This document shows positions 8,554-18,750 of a stretch of 64,000 nucleotides of DNA, piece after piece. The stretch spans positions 2,720,001 through 2,784,000 of the forward strand of contig OY781964.1 of assembly GCA_963677485.1 (NCBI GenBank). The letters run 5' to 3'. This stretch comes from Armatimonadota bacterium. GTDB taxonomy: Bacteria; Armatimonadota; HRBIN16. Below the pieces are notes generated by a model that did no database searches, was not told the DNA's origin, and worked only from the letters and a program-made list of their open reading frames with translations. How positions within the stretch are numbered: position 1 is the stretch's first letter; every line of letters starts with the position of its first letter. A program made the translations under genes and the position numbers.

Positions 8554-10535
8554 GCACTGAGTGGCAAAAAGCGAAAGCCGTTCGTCGAGATCAGGGCATC
8601 GGAGGCCCCGGCCCGGGTCATGCCCCCTTCGCCACGGTAAAACCAAAGAACGCCGTCAAGACCTTGATGCGGCTATTCGCCACGCTGGCCGGCAGCCTGC
8701 CGCTGCTGATCGCCGCGATGGTGTTGACTATCCTCAGCGCCTTCGCCGGAGTGGCAGGCACCTATTACCTGAAGCCGTTCTTCAATGGTTTGATCGGCGG
8801 GGTCGGCCCGGCCGGGATGCTGGGCACGCTAGGCATGATGACGTTGATTTTCCTGGCGGGTGCGCTCTGCACCTACCTGAGCAGCCTGATGATGGTCACC
8901 ATCGCGCAGCGCACCACCAACCGCATCCGCACCGCGCTGTTCTCGCACCTGCAAAAGCTGCCGCTACGCTACTTTGACAGCAACACGCAGGGCGAACTGA
9001 TGAGCCGCTTCACCAACGATGTGGACAACGTAAATATGGCGTTGGAGCAGAGCCTGTCATCGACCATCACCTCACTCATCACCGTGGTGGGCACCTTCTT
9101 GATGATGCTGTGGTTCAGCCCATTTCTGACGCTGTTCATCGTGCTGATGCTGGTCGTGATGGGCTACGCGATGAAATACGTGGGCGGCAAGAGTGCTCGG
9201 TATTTCCGCGAGCAGCAGAAGTCGCTGGGAGCGCTCAACGGCTACATCGAGGAGATGATGGAAGGTCAGAAGGTGGTCAAGGTGTTCAACTACGAACAGA
9301 CCGCCCAGAAGGAGTTTGGTAAACGGAACGAGGAGCTGCGTTTGGCTTCGACCGATGCCCAGACCTTCGCCGGTATGCTGATGCCCATCATGGGTAACCT
9401 GTCCTACATGAACTACGCGGTGACCGCCATGGTGGGCGCGATTATGACCATCCGCGGGCTGATGGACATCGGCACCATCGCCGCGTACCTGCAATACACT
9501 CGGGCCTTCTCACAGCCCATCACGCAGATCGCCAACCAGATCAACATGCTGCTGGCTGCTCTGGCCGGTGCTGAACGTATTTTCGATGTGATGGACCAAA
9601 CCCCGGAGATTGACGAAGGCAAGGTTCGGCTGGTCCTGGCCACCCGCAACGCCGATGGCTTGCTGATCGAGCACGAAGGTGACCCCACTGCCGACTTTGA
9701 GCATAGTTTCCATGCCGCAGATGCCACGCCTGATGAGCCCCTGGAAAGCCTGCTGGCCTGGCGCACCGTGTCCGCCGATGGCACCGTCAGCCTGCGGGAA
9801 TGCCGCGGTGATGTACGCTGCGACGAGGTGGATTTTGGCTATGTGCCCGAGAAGCTGGTGCTGAAACAACTCAGTGTGTATGCCGAACCCGGGCAGAAGA
9901 TCGCATTCGTGGGCTCCACCGGTGCGGGCAAGACCACCATCACCAACCTGATCAACCGGTTCTACGAGATCGAATCGGGCAGTATCACCTACGACGGCAT
10001 CGACGTCCGCGAGATCAACAAGGCGGATCTGCGCCGCACGCTGGGTGTGGTGCTGCAGGATGTACACCTCTTCCAGGGCAGCATCCGCGAAAACATCCGT
10101 TATGGTAAAGCGAACGCCACCGATGAGCAGATTGTTCAGGCTGCGAAACTGGCCAATGCCCACGGTTTTATCAGCCGTCTGCCCGATGGTTATGACACGG
10201 TGCTGACCGCCGATGGCATCAACCTTTCGCAGGGTCAGCGGCAGCTTCTCTCCATCGCCCGCGCGGCCGTGGCTGATCCGCCGGTGCTGATTCTGGACGA
10301 GGCCACCAGCTCCATAGACACCCGCACCGAGCGGCTGATTGAGCGGGGTATGGGCCAACTGATGCATGGACGCACCACCTTTGTGATCGCCCACCGGCTG
10401 TCTACCGTGCGCAACGCCGACGCCATCATGGTGCTGGAGAACGGCGAGATCATTGAGCGCGGTAACCATGCCAGCCTGCTGCAGCAGCGAGGGCGGTACT
10501 ACGAGCTGTGTACCGGCATCGCGGAGCTGGCTTAG
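8550..10535 (+). CDS. ABC exporter, fused TMD-NBD (heterodimer subunit 2)
   Basis: GSTGAGKT, LSQGQRQ, ILDEATS, IAHRLST; ATGA overlap with subunit 1. Confidence 0.94.
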   Translation: MSTEWQKAKAVRRDQGIGGPGPGHAPFATVKPKNAVKTLMRLFATLAGSLPLLIAAMVLTILSAFAGVAGTYYLKPFFNGLIGGVGPAGMLGTLGMMTLIFLAGALCTYLSSLMMVTIAQRTTNRIRTALFSHLQKLPLRYFDSNTQGELMSRFTNDVDNVNMALEQSLSSTITSLITVVGTFLMMLWFSPFLTLFIVLMLVVMGYAMKYVGGKSARYFREQQKSLGALNGYIEEMMEGQKVVKVFNYEQTAQKEFGKRNEELRLASTDAQTFAGMLMPIMGNLSYMNYAVTAMVGAIMTIRGLMDIGTIAAYLQYTRAFSQPITQIANQINMLLAALAGAERIFDVMDQTPEIDEGKVRLVLATRNADGLLIEHEGDPTADFEHSFHAADATPDEPLESLLAWRTVSADGTVSLRECRGDVRCDEVDFGYVPEKLVLKQLSVYAEPGQKIAFVGSTGAGKTTITNLINRFYEIESGSITYDGIDVREINKADLRRTLGVVLQDVHLFQGSIRENIRYGKANATDEQIVQAAKLANAHGFISRLPDGYDTVLTADGINLSQGQRQLLSIARAAVADPPVLILDEATSSIDTRTERLIERGMGQLMHGRTTFVIAHRLSTVRNADAIMVLENGEIIERGNHASLLQQRGRYYELCTGIAELA

Positions 10536-10544
10536 GGGTCGGAG

Positions 10545-10860
10545 TTCACACGCGGAGACGCGGAGGGCGCGGAGGGGAGCAAACGCAAAGGCGCAAAGGG
10601 GCAAAGACGCAGGGGATACGAATCCGTTGGTCATTTGTCTGAACCACGGATGGACACGGATGAACGCGGATGGGATCAAACGCAAAGACGCAAAGGGGCA
10701 AAGGCGCAATGATATGTGATTACGCCGGTCATTCGTCTGAACCACGGATTTCACAGATGGGTTCAGATAGGTGCGGATGGGGAGGCAACCAATCGGGCGA
10801 ACGGCGTTCCCAGGAGAAATCCCCCTTTGCGTCGTTGCCCCCTTGCGTCTTTGCGTTGAA
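10545..10860. repeat. Cluster of short-period intergenic repeat modules
   Basis: CACGCGGAGACGCGGAGGGCGCGGAG; AACGCAAAGGCGCAAAGGGGCAAAG; TGTCTGAACCACGGATGGACACGGATGAACGCGGAT; reverse module CTTTGCGTC...CTTTGCGTT. Confidence 0.85.
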
Positions 10861-10936
10861 TCCCTCTCCACACCAACCCAGATGTAAACCAAAACTAGAT
10901 AAATCAGACCCGTTTTCGTAATCAGCTAAAAACCAC

Positions 10937-10964
10937 TTGACTCGCAAACCATATCGGGTATAAT
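10937..10964 (+). promoter_or_regulatory. Sigma70 promoter
   Basis: TTGACT-N16-TATAAT about 55 nt upstream of ATG 11021. Confidence 0.65.
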
Positions 10965-11020
10965 GACCACATAACAGGCGTATATAAGCCTGGATACGAT
11001 CCAATGATGGGGGTATCAAT

Positions 11021-13201
11021 ATGAGTATGTACGTCGCCGTTCCGGTTTTGTTGTGTCTATTGCTGTTTACTGGGTGGGTAGCATGCGCCACGCCCAACAT
11101 GTGGAGTACGGGACAACCGATTAGTGCCAGCATGACCGAATCCCCTGCGGGAACAGTCCATGCCCCCGGCACCAAAAGTTACACCATTACCGCCACCGAC
11201 ACAGACACCGCCTTTCCTAACTATGTGGGTCCTGTGCCCGATACCCTGACCTACGCCTGGACCGCCACCAAAGGCACCATCTCCGGTGGAGCCAACGCCA
11301 CATGGACCATACCTGCCGATGTCAGAGGACTGATTAGCTGTCAGGTGGTGATTGATGATGTGGCCACGATGCCGCCCGGCGACTTTGGAGCACGGGATGA
11401 CACCGCTATCACCTTAACTCGAAGCATGACTGTGCCTTACGCCAACGCCCAGTATGAGACATTCGCCACTGACAATGTGTCTGGCGTAACCAAAATCCGC
11501 TACAAACTAAGCAATGTTGGCTGCAGTTGCCAGCAGCTCAAGGTAGAATACCAGGAGCAGGCCTCAAGCTTCCATACCTGCGACTGGACACCCATACTGA
11601 CTACGGGCAACCCGGCCCAACTGATCAGCACCACCACTGATGGCGATAGCGTGGTCAACCAGGTATACGAGCTATCCTGGAATACCCTGGGGCTGCATAA
11701 CGCAGACTACCAGTTACGGCTGAAGGCGGACTACAATTGCAACTGCCATCAGACGGCGTTCCGTAGCTTAGAGCAGACCCACACCGTGAATGTGAAGAAC
11801 CTGGATATCACCACTCGCAACCCAAACGGGAATGTGGATTACCTGCGATGGGACCCGGAGCAGAGTCTTGCTGATACCACCATTCAGAGTACGCTGGAAG
11901 ACCACGGCGGTACGTCCGGCACCACTCTGAATATCAGCATCTACCACTCCGACCGGACAGCCAACCCGACACCCGTCTGCACGGCTACCGTAACCACCGA
12001 CAGCAACCCTGTGTCCACATATACATGGGATGGGAAAGATGGCTCGGGAGCGACTTGTGCGCCTGGCATCTACCTGTTTACGGTCAACGCCACGCACAAC
12101 CAGACCGGCGGAGGGGACTCCGTAAGCGACCGTGCGTCGGATGCGTTCATCATGGAAGACCGTATGTTGAATGTGACAGGACAGGATGATAAGCTGGACT
12201 TTCAAGCGAAGGTTCAGGGAACAGTTGCTAATTCGACTATCATACGAATTGATCCACAATTAGCAGTCCTGGGATCATCAACAGGGACGACACCACTTAA
12301 CAGTCCGACGCCTACTACAACTTCCGACTGGCTTCAGGTTGCTAGAGTAGACCAAGATGGTGACTCCTCTATCTGGGTTATGTCAGGAAAAGACGGTACG
12401 CCAGAAAATGACAAAAGCCACACTGCAAGACCGGTATTGGCCTTAAATGATGACCTACCACCACTAAGTGTCTTAGGTGTCATTGGTGAAGAAAATTTTG
12501 GGGAGCCTATTGGATACATCCAAGCTATCTCTGCGTCGGCTGCATCTCTGTATAACACATTTGCACACGATACTTATCAAGGAGTATCACCAAATCGAGT
12601 AAAGCTTACGCATGCTAAACGACCGTCATTCGGTGGCATCTGTAACACCAACACATGCTCGATCTCTACAAGTTGGGTTCAGCAGAGCCTTGAAGAACTG
12701 CACCGTGGGCAGATAATAGAATCTCTCCATGCTATGCGGCAAAATAGATTATTCCTATTTGCAGGTCATAGTAATAATCTTCTCCTAATGTGTAAACAGC
12801 CATACTGTGCTGTAACATCGCTATCCACATCACGCATTAAAAATGATTGGGGCAAGATAGCTATACTAGTCGGGTGTGAGACGGCACGCAATGGTGGGGG
12901 GGTATCATTTGCACATGACCTAGCATCACGTGGCTGGCATGTAATAGGGTATAAACGCCTGCTGTTTTCTGACAAGGCTTCAGCTTTCATGGATGGACTA
13001 CGGGTATTTCTACCGATGTCCGACGTTCCTGGTAAATACGATCTGCCTATCACGGAACCATCTATCCGTACTTGGGTACAGTTGGCAAATGCATATGCCG
13101 CCGATAATTGCCCGAATTCTCCGAATGATGACGAACAAAAGGATTTAAAACGGGGAATAAAACCAATAAACTATTTCATATACATCCCTGCTGGGACATA
13201 A
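11021..13201 (+). CDS. Secreted protein: Ig/PKD-like and FlgD-Ig-like domains with a C-terminal caspase-fold-like His/Cys domain
   Basis: Signal peptide; TLTYAWTATKGTI (PKD-like); YTWDGKDGSGATCAPGIYLFTVNA (FlgD-Ig signature); C-terminal FLFAGHS...IAILVGCETA. Confidence 0.65.
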   Translation: MSMYVAVPVLLCLLLFTGWVACATPNMWSTGQPISASMTESPAGTVHAPGTKSYTITATDTDTAFPNYVGPVPDTLTYAWTATKGTISGGANATWTIPADVRGLISCQVVIDDVATMPPGDFGARDDTAITLTRSMTVPYANAQYETFATDNVSGVTKIRYKLSNVGCSCQQLKVEYQEQASSFHTCDWTPILTTGNPAQLISTTTDGDSVVNQVYELSWNTLGLHNADYQLRLKADYNCNCHQTAFRSLEQTHTVNVKNLDITTRNPNGNVDYLRWDPEQSLADTTIQSTLEDHGGTSGTTLNISIYHSDRTANPTPVCTATVTTDSNPVSTYTWDGKDGSGATCAPGIYLFTVNATHNQTGGGDSVSDRASDAFIMEDRMLNVTGQDDKLDFQAKVQGTVANSTIIRIDPQLAVLGSSTGTTPLNSPTPTTTSDWLQVARVDQDGDSSIWVMSGKDGTPENDKSHTARPVLALNDDLPPLSVLGVIGEENFGEPIGYIQAISASAASLYNTFAHDTYQGVSPNRVKLTHAKRPSFGGICNTNTCSISTSWVQQSLEELHRGQIIESLHAMRQNRLFLFAGHSNNLLLMCKQPYCAVTSLSTSRIKNDWGKIAILVGCETARNGGGVSFAHDLASRGWHVIGYKRLLFSDKASAFMDGLRVFLPMSDVPGKYDLPITEPSIRTWVQLANAYAADNCPNSPNDDEQKDLKRGIKPINYFIYIPAGT

Positions 13202-13212
13202 TAGGAGTAACG

Positions 13213-14316
13213 ATGATGATCAAAAGATTGGTAGTTGCTTTGCTGGCAATCACAGTTACTATGATCGGCACTGCCGTTCGGTGTGATGCCCAATTACTTA
13301 CCCAAAATCAGGCAACCAGCGTTATACGGGGATGGCTAGGAAACGCGAGCTGGACACCAACGGAATGCGATGAATCTACGTATGTATGCCGATGTGGTAC
13401 CACTAAATATGTTTTTAGAATTAGAAATGCCACCGACGTACTGCGTAATGACCGTATATCCGGGAATCTACTATACTGGGCTTCAGGTTTTACCGATGAT
13501 GATAATAACGAAGACCCTCAAGTGCTCGAAGCCGCATTTAATGCCTGGGCACCTTCACACCTACCCCCGTCATTTTTGGCCAAAATGACTCGGTCCACAC
13601 CGTACTTCTGGTGCTATCGACAGGCTAATGGAATTGAACACCTAAGCACATCAATTGCGATATCCGTCAACGCACAAGGCCAGATAAACTACGCAAATAT
13701 CTGCGATTGTGTGTTGCCAGACTATACTGGTAGTATTCCTGTAACGCCTACACAAGCGATGCAGATTGCCGCAACATGGGTGTCTACGAAGTACGCAGGT
13801 ATTACGAATCAACTTTCTTGGCCACAACAATCTAGTAATCCGTACTATGGGTACAGGAATAATGCTCCAATTCTATACTATATGGTTTACTGTGTGTTGG
13901 ATTTTGGTAATGGACTGACTTCAGAACCAACCATCACTGTAAATGCAAATACAGGTGAGGTGTGGGATAATTCCAGTAGTATCGGTTCCGCAACGATGAG
14001 TAAACCTCATAAAACGACCATGCTCATCACCTTGTATGACAACAAGACCCAGATTGGCTACCCCAACTCACTGATGCCGTTAAAACCACTCCAGTCCCTC
14101 GCCAAAGGCCACAAGATCAGCGCAAAAGCGGGGGAGAAGGCCTTCACCATAGACGGCAAGCGGATTGCCCTGCCCGCGAAAGTGGTAGCCAAGGCAGGCA
14201 CGCTCTACCTCCCCTGGCAGGCATTGAAGTCGCTGCCGGGTGTGAAGTGCAGCTACGACGCGAAGCTGAACAAGCTGGACATCACCACCACACCGGCGGT
14301 GAAGAAGGCGAAGTAG
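13213..14316 (+). CDS. Secreted protein with a PepSY-like segment and a C-terminal stalk (copper amine oxidase N-like) domain
   Basis: Signal peptide; VTPTQAMQIAATW...ITVNANTGEV (PepSY-like); FTIDGKRIALPAKVVAKAGTLYLPWQALKSLPGVKCSYDAKLNKLDI (stalk-like); SD AGGAG. Confidence 0.6.
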   Translation: MMIKRLVVALLAITVTMIGTAVRCDAQLLTQNQATSVIRGWLGNASWTPTECDESTYVCRCGTTKYVFRIRNATDVLRNDRISGNLLYWASGFTDDDNNEDPQVLEAAFNAWAPSHLPPSFLAKMTRSTPYFWCYRQANGIEHLSTSIAISVNAQGQINYANICDCVLPDYTGSIPVTPTQAMQIAATWVSTKYAGITNQLSWPQQSSNPYYGYRNNAPILYYMVYCVLDFGNGLTSEPTITVNANTGEVWDNSSSIGSATMSKPHKTTMLITLYDNKTQIGYPNSLMPLKPLQSLAKGHKISAKAGEKAFTIDGKRIALPAKVVAKAGTLYLPWQALKSLPGVKCSYDAKLNKLDITTTPAVKKAK

Positions 14317-14329
14317 GCACCGAAACCCA

Positions 14330-14360
14330 TAACCGGCGCGGGCACCCGCGCCGGTTTTTT
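14330..14360 (+). terminator. Rho-independent terminator
   Basis: AACCGGCGCGGG-CA-CCCGCGCCGG-TTTTTT. Confidence 0.85.
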
Positions 14361-14419
14361 CGTATTGGCTCCTCCCCTGTACCCGCTTGCGGGCTGCGAT
14401 ATCGATGACGCGCCGGCGA

Positions 14420-15046
14420 TTCTGTCTGAACCACGGATCACGCTGATGACACGGATAGGTTCGGATGGAGAGGGAGGGCTAACCGCCAGACCGCGCCGGA
14501 GACGGGCCGCATAGTAATTGTAGGCGTACTGAGAAACCGGCGCGGTCAAGTACCCCCCGGCGCCTATGCGTCATTGCGTTTCGTCCTACCATTCGTGTCC
14601 ATTTGTGTTCATTCGTGGTTACAATAGAGTCCGTTACTCCATCGTGCCGATCGCTGCCCGCCTCGGAGAAAGACCGGCGCGGTCTTGGGTCTTGAGCTGC
14701 CGCTATCGTACTGTCAGACCGCCCCGGACATGGCCAAACAAAACCCGACGGCCAATTGGCGCATCGATAATGGGCACTCCGCTAGACCGCGATGTCGCTA
14801 TTGTCTAAACCACGGATGGACACGGATGAACGCGAATAGGATCAAACGCAAAGGCGCAAAGGGGCAAAGACGCAATGATATGTGATTACGCGGGTCATTT
14901 GTCTGAACCACGGATTTCACGGATGGCAAGGATAGGTTCGGATGGAGAGGGAGGGCTACAAGGTACTTCACCTTTGCGTCCTTGCCCCCTTGCGCCTTTG
15001 CGTTAGAATCCGTTCCTAATCTGTGCCATCTGCGTCATCTGTGGAT
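14420..15046. repeat. Cluster of short-period repeat modules, including a roughly 150-bp copy of 10636-10785
   Basis: 14802-14950 aligns by eye to 10636-10785; further forward and reverse modules at 14424, 14565-14620 and 14972-15046. Confidence 0.85.
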
Positions 15047-17154
15047 CTATTATCCCCTACCGGCAGAAGCGAGATACGCACCATCTCCTCGGTCTCCACG
15101 ACGGGTATACAGACAGACAGAACGCCGTCTTCCAACACGTACCCCATCACGGAGCCATCTGACACTCTTCGGCATCCCGCGAGTTCCCGGTCTTGCGGCA
15201 GACGCACCGAGGCGTGGATGTCATGCACGGGCACGTTGGGAAGCTCTAGCTGGTAGTTGGTGAAGCACAGCAGCAGACCATTGGTGTCCGCACTCTGCAA
15301 TACGGTGACCTCGACACAGCGGGGGGCATCGCACGCCACCAGCAGTTCCGATGCCGCATAGCGGTGCATCATGTCCATACCGAAGCTTTGCTGCGATTCG
15401 TTCTGCAGCGCGAACAGGGATGAGTAGAGGTAGACGCATCGGCCCTGGCCGTAGCTGTTGACAGTCAGACCAGCATACTCGCTTACCGCGCCGGGAGGGT
15501 TGGAATGGACGGAGGCATATTGTGCAGCATCGCCCGGGTTGAACAGCGGCTCTGACACCTGCCCCAGCACAGTGGCGGTGGTCGCCTTGACCATCGGTGA
15601 TGGCATGTCGGACAGCACATACTGAAGGTTACCTGTTGCTGTGCCATCGGGAACGGTGTCGGGCTCACCATGATATGCCAGGTAGTTCGTCCACTTCGAC
15701 ATCTTGCCGGTGTAAGTAACTCCAAACACATCAGCCAACTGGAAATCGCCTGAGGAGGTGCCGTCCGTGAGGTTGAGGGAGCTGCATCCGGTGGCGACCA
15801 ATGTGCCGCCGTCATAGACAAACTGCTGGATCGAATCCACCTCGGCGGTTGTCATGTTCATGGCGTTGTTGACTATTAATGTTCGGAGCCCGTGGAGATC
15901 AGGCCGGTCACTGGTGATGATCTTGTAGGGGATGTTGGCCCTTCCCAGTATGACGGATGTGCCGATGGTCTCTTTGATGGTTTGGATATCGCCGGGCGGA
16001 AGCATGTTGCTTCGGCCCCCGCTGGCCAGTTTCATGTCGGTGCCGTTGTCGCGAGGGTCAATATGGGAGGGCATTGAGAAATACAGTCCGACATCGGCCA
16101 ACAGACTCGCCTTCATGTCCCTCACGGCAGTCAGGAATGGCCGAACAGCAGCGTTCACCCGCCCGAGTTTGTCGTAAACCTCTGGGCAGAGGGTGCCGTC
16201 TGGGTTGATGGCGTCGATGAAGAAGCAGGCCCCGCCATTCGCCAGCGTGAGCGCGGCGTGGCACAACAGCTCCTCGTCACTTTTGGTGGAGGTGTGATCC
16301 CACAAGTTAACGCAGCGTGAGGTCATAAACTCGAAAGGCACATTCCGCGAGAAGGCTGACAGCACCTTGGTGACTATCGAGGCCTGATATCGCCCGCCGT
16401 AGAAGTCGCCGCTGGCGTATTCACATGCGGCGGCGATTCCGGGGCACTGGGCCGTCCTCCAGCCGAACAGCACTGGCGAGAACTGGTAGGTCACGCTGAT
16501 CTCCGGGCGTTCGGATTTCACATGCTGCCGCATGTCATCTACAAACTCAACCATCCATCTTTCGCGAGCCTGCTGGAAGGCGATCCAGGCTGGGTCAGAC
16601 CAGTTCACGATGTGCGGTATCTCCATGCCCGTTTCACGCCGGAACTTCGCGCGGCAGTGGGGGCATACGCAGACGATGGGCCAGAACACCATGTCGATGA
16701 ATATGCCATCCACATCATATGCGATCACTTCCGATATCTCCGCCTTCGCGGCCTTCACATACTCTGCGCTGTTCGGGCAGGCCAGCCAGAAGCGGCCCTC
16801 CTGCTGATGGCCGTCAAAGGCCTCCATGCGCCACTCGGGATGCGACTGCGCGGCGTGGTTGTGGAAGAGCGCGGTGGTGTAGGCGATGGGCACGATGCCC
16901 TCTGCACGCAGCAGATTCACGGTCTCGCCGAAGATATCCCGTCCGTGCAGGTTCGCATGCTGGTGCCCGACCTTCGTGGGATAGTAGCAGTTGCCATTAT
17001 GGTCGCAGGCATAGACCATGGCTGACTCAAACCCGCCTCTTTTGACCATGGCCACGTAATTGGCCGGGTCGAACTTGGTCATGAATGACGGGTCGTGTTC
17101 GGTGATGTGGTTGTCAATCAACAACCGTGTGTAACACTCTTCATACCAGGGCAT
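15016..17154 (-). CDS. Glycoside hydrolase, GHL6/GH151-like with beta-galactosidase trimerisation domain
   Basis: FDPANYVAMVK, ACDHNGNCYYPTKVG..H..L.GRD, ACPNS, DGIFIDM, CVCPHC, PFEFMTSR. Confidence 0.75.
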   Translation of the reverse strand: MPWYEECYTRLLIDNHITEHDPSFMTKFDPANYVAMVKRGGFESAMVYACDHNGNCYYPTKVGHQHANLHGRDIFGETVNLLRAEGIVPIAYTTALFHNHAAQSHPEWRMEAFDGHQQEGRFWLACPNSAEYVKAAKAEISEVIAYDVDGIFIDMVFWPIVCVCPHCRAKFRRETGMEIPHIVNWSDPAWIAFQQARERWMVEFVDDMRQHVKSERPEISVTYQFSPVLFGWRTAQCPGIAAACEYASGDFYGGRYQASIVTKVLSAFSRNVPFEFMTSRCVNLWDHTSTKSDEELLCHAALTLANGGACFFIDAINPDGTLCPEVYDKLGRVNAAVRPFLTAVRDMKASLLADVGLYFSMPSHIDPRDNGTDMKLASGGRSNMLPPGDIQTIKETIGTSVILGRANIPYKIITSDRPDLHGLRTLIVNNAMNMTTAEVDSIQQFVYDGGTLVATGCSSLNLTDGTSSGDFQLADVFGVTYTGKMSKWTNYLAYHGEPDTVPDGTATGNLQYVLSDMPSPMVKATTATVLGQVSEPLFNPGDAAQYASVHSNPPGAVSEYAGLTVNSYGQGRCVYLYSSLFALQNESQQSFGMDMMHRYAASELLVACDAPRCVEVTVLQSADTNGLLLCFTNYQLELPNVPVHDIHASVRLPQDRELAGCRRVSDGSVMGYVLEDGVLSVCIPVVETEEMVRISLLPVGDNRSTDDADGTD

Positions 17155-17165
17155 ATGCGGCCTCC

Positions 17166-18383
17166 TTAGAGCACCAGGTCTGGATTACCAGGTCCGAAGT
17201 GCTTCAACATGACGATGGGATCGGACAGCGAGGGGTTGGTGATGCTCACCCCTGACTTGGCGGCCTCTTCACTCACGAAATACTCATCGCAGGTCAGTTG
17301 GCCGTACCGAATCAGTGCAGGCGACTCGATGTCCCACACGCCCATTTTGCCATGACCCTGCAATACGATCAAACCATACGCGGCGGCATCTTTGATCACG
17401 ACAGAGCGTCCGGGCAGCACAGTCAGCTCCTTCGCCGAGTAGGCGGTGTTGCGGTAACAAATCCAGTTTTCGATGTAGCCTTCAGTGTTCATCTCATCCA
17501 GGCCCCGAACAGGTTTGGGCCGCATGAAGTGATTCTGTGCGAACTCAGGATCGAGGTTCGCCTCCCAGTCGATCACCTCCATGAGGTAGTCAAAATCGCC
17601 TAGGCGGTCTGCTGGCGTGTTCTTCCACAATAGCTCCTCAGCGATGATCTGGTCGCCGACCAGCGACTGGTACATCGCGAATACATCCGATGCGGTTTGA
17701 GGCTCGTAGGTGCAGAGGCTGCCCGGGGCGTGCAGAATACCGGGTGGGACATCCCAGCCCGTGCCGGGTTCCAGCCGATAGGCTTTCGAGAGGTTGGTGA
17801 TCTTATTGTCGCCCCTGGTGAAGTTCACCAGTGCCTGCCGCACCTGCTCTTTGCTGGTGCCAGGTTCAAAACCAAAGAAAGTATATGGGAAATCGGCTCC
17901 GTAGTTGTTGAGCTGGGTTGGGAAGAAGTAGGCTTCGGGCTTCCCCATCTGGCCGATCAGCGCCGCATGTTGGTTTCTGTGATGGATATGGTGTGGGAGA
18001 GGGCCTTTGTTGTCGAAAAACTTGGAGAACATGGGCCACTTTCCGAATTTGCTCCAGAGACGCTCACCGATGACAGCTGCCTGCAGCTCGTTGATGACAT
18101 CGAGGAGCCGAACCTGCTCGGTCTTCCCATCATGCTCCAGCACCACAAAACTGAGGCCCTCGTCCTGACCGGTGTCGGGGCCGTTGTCAGCCATCGTGGT
18201 TGAGGAGAACCAGCGTTCATCGATGCCGCCCCGTGCCCCACCCAGCGCGTAGTAGTCATCGGGGTGAAGCTTGATGCGTCTGCCGGGCACGCAGAACGAC
18301 CTCGGCACCCAGTTGGGAGCCAGTCTCAGAATACCCTTCCCGTCGTCCATCGCCGCCTGAGCCAGGAACCGTGTGCTCGCCAT
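17166..18383 (-). CDS. Phosphomannose-isomerase-like cupin protein
   Basis: SKFFDNKGPLPHHIHH, GKPEAYFF, VPPGILHAPG, YEPQTASD. Start set at ATG 18383 after GGAGGA. Confidence 0.65.
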   Translation of the reverse strand: MASTRFLAQAAMDDGKGILRLAPNWVPRSFCVPGRRIKLHPDDYYALGGARGGIDERWFSSTTMADNGPDTGQDEGLSFVVLEHDGKTEQVRLLDVINELQAAVIGERLWSKFGKWPMFSKFFDNKGPLPHHIHHRNQHAALIGQMGKPEAYFFPTQLNNYGADFPYTFFGFEPGTSKEQVRQALVNFTRGDNKITNLSKAYRLEPGTGWDVPPGILHAPGSLCTYEPQTASDVFAMYQSLVGDQIIAEELLWKNTPADRLGDFDYLMEVIDWEANLDPEFAQNHFMRPKPVRGLDEMNTEGYIENWICYRNTAYSAKELTVLPGRSVVIKDAAAYGLIVLQGHGKMGVWDIESPALIRYGQLTCDEYFVSEEAAKSGVSITNPSLSDPIVMLKHFGPGNPDLVL

Positions 18384-18525
18384 ACCGATATCCTCCATCT
18401 CACTCGCAGGGTAGAGGTCGTGGAGATTGTGAACCGCCCCTCTGTGACCACTGTGGTTATCTTTCAGTTAGTTCGTGATGGACTGGTCATGTTCCTCTAT
18501 GTGCGATGTTCTGTAGCTGATGCTA

Positions 18526-18750
18526 TCGTAGGGGCCACCCTTGTGGTGGCCCTAATCATTGTTCATTCGGTAGTGATTGTTTAGGGCGCCCACAAGGGAC
18601 GCGCCTACGACCAGCTACATACAAGCGCCAACGCAACCCCTGGAAACATCCTTACCCATAGACGGTGTCTTTCCCATTCCTGATCTGGGGCAACCACGGG
18701 GGGATTGCCCCTACCGTGGAAGACATGGACACGGCACGCCATGTCCCTAC
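18526..18750. repeat. GTAG-type REP cluster (REPIN pair plus two REPs)
   Basis: CGTAGGGGCCACCCTTGTGGTGGCCCT ... AGGGCGCCCACAAGGGACGCGCCTACG; further ...GATTGCCCCTAC and GGACACGGCACGCCATGTCCCTAC. Confidence 0.8.

Noticed and set aside
9510-10892. 460-aa minus-strand ORF and similar long antisense ORFs (43559-44659, 45554-46420, 50252-51148, 54750-55679)
   Set aside because: Shadow frames of well-supported genes in GC-rich DNA, partly running through repeats.
10545-15046. Integron attC array or CRISPR explanation for the repeat clusters
   Set aside because: No intI, no consistent RYYYAAC...GTTRRRY boxes, and no constant repeat with unique spacers.
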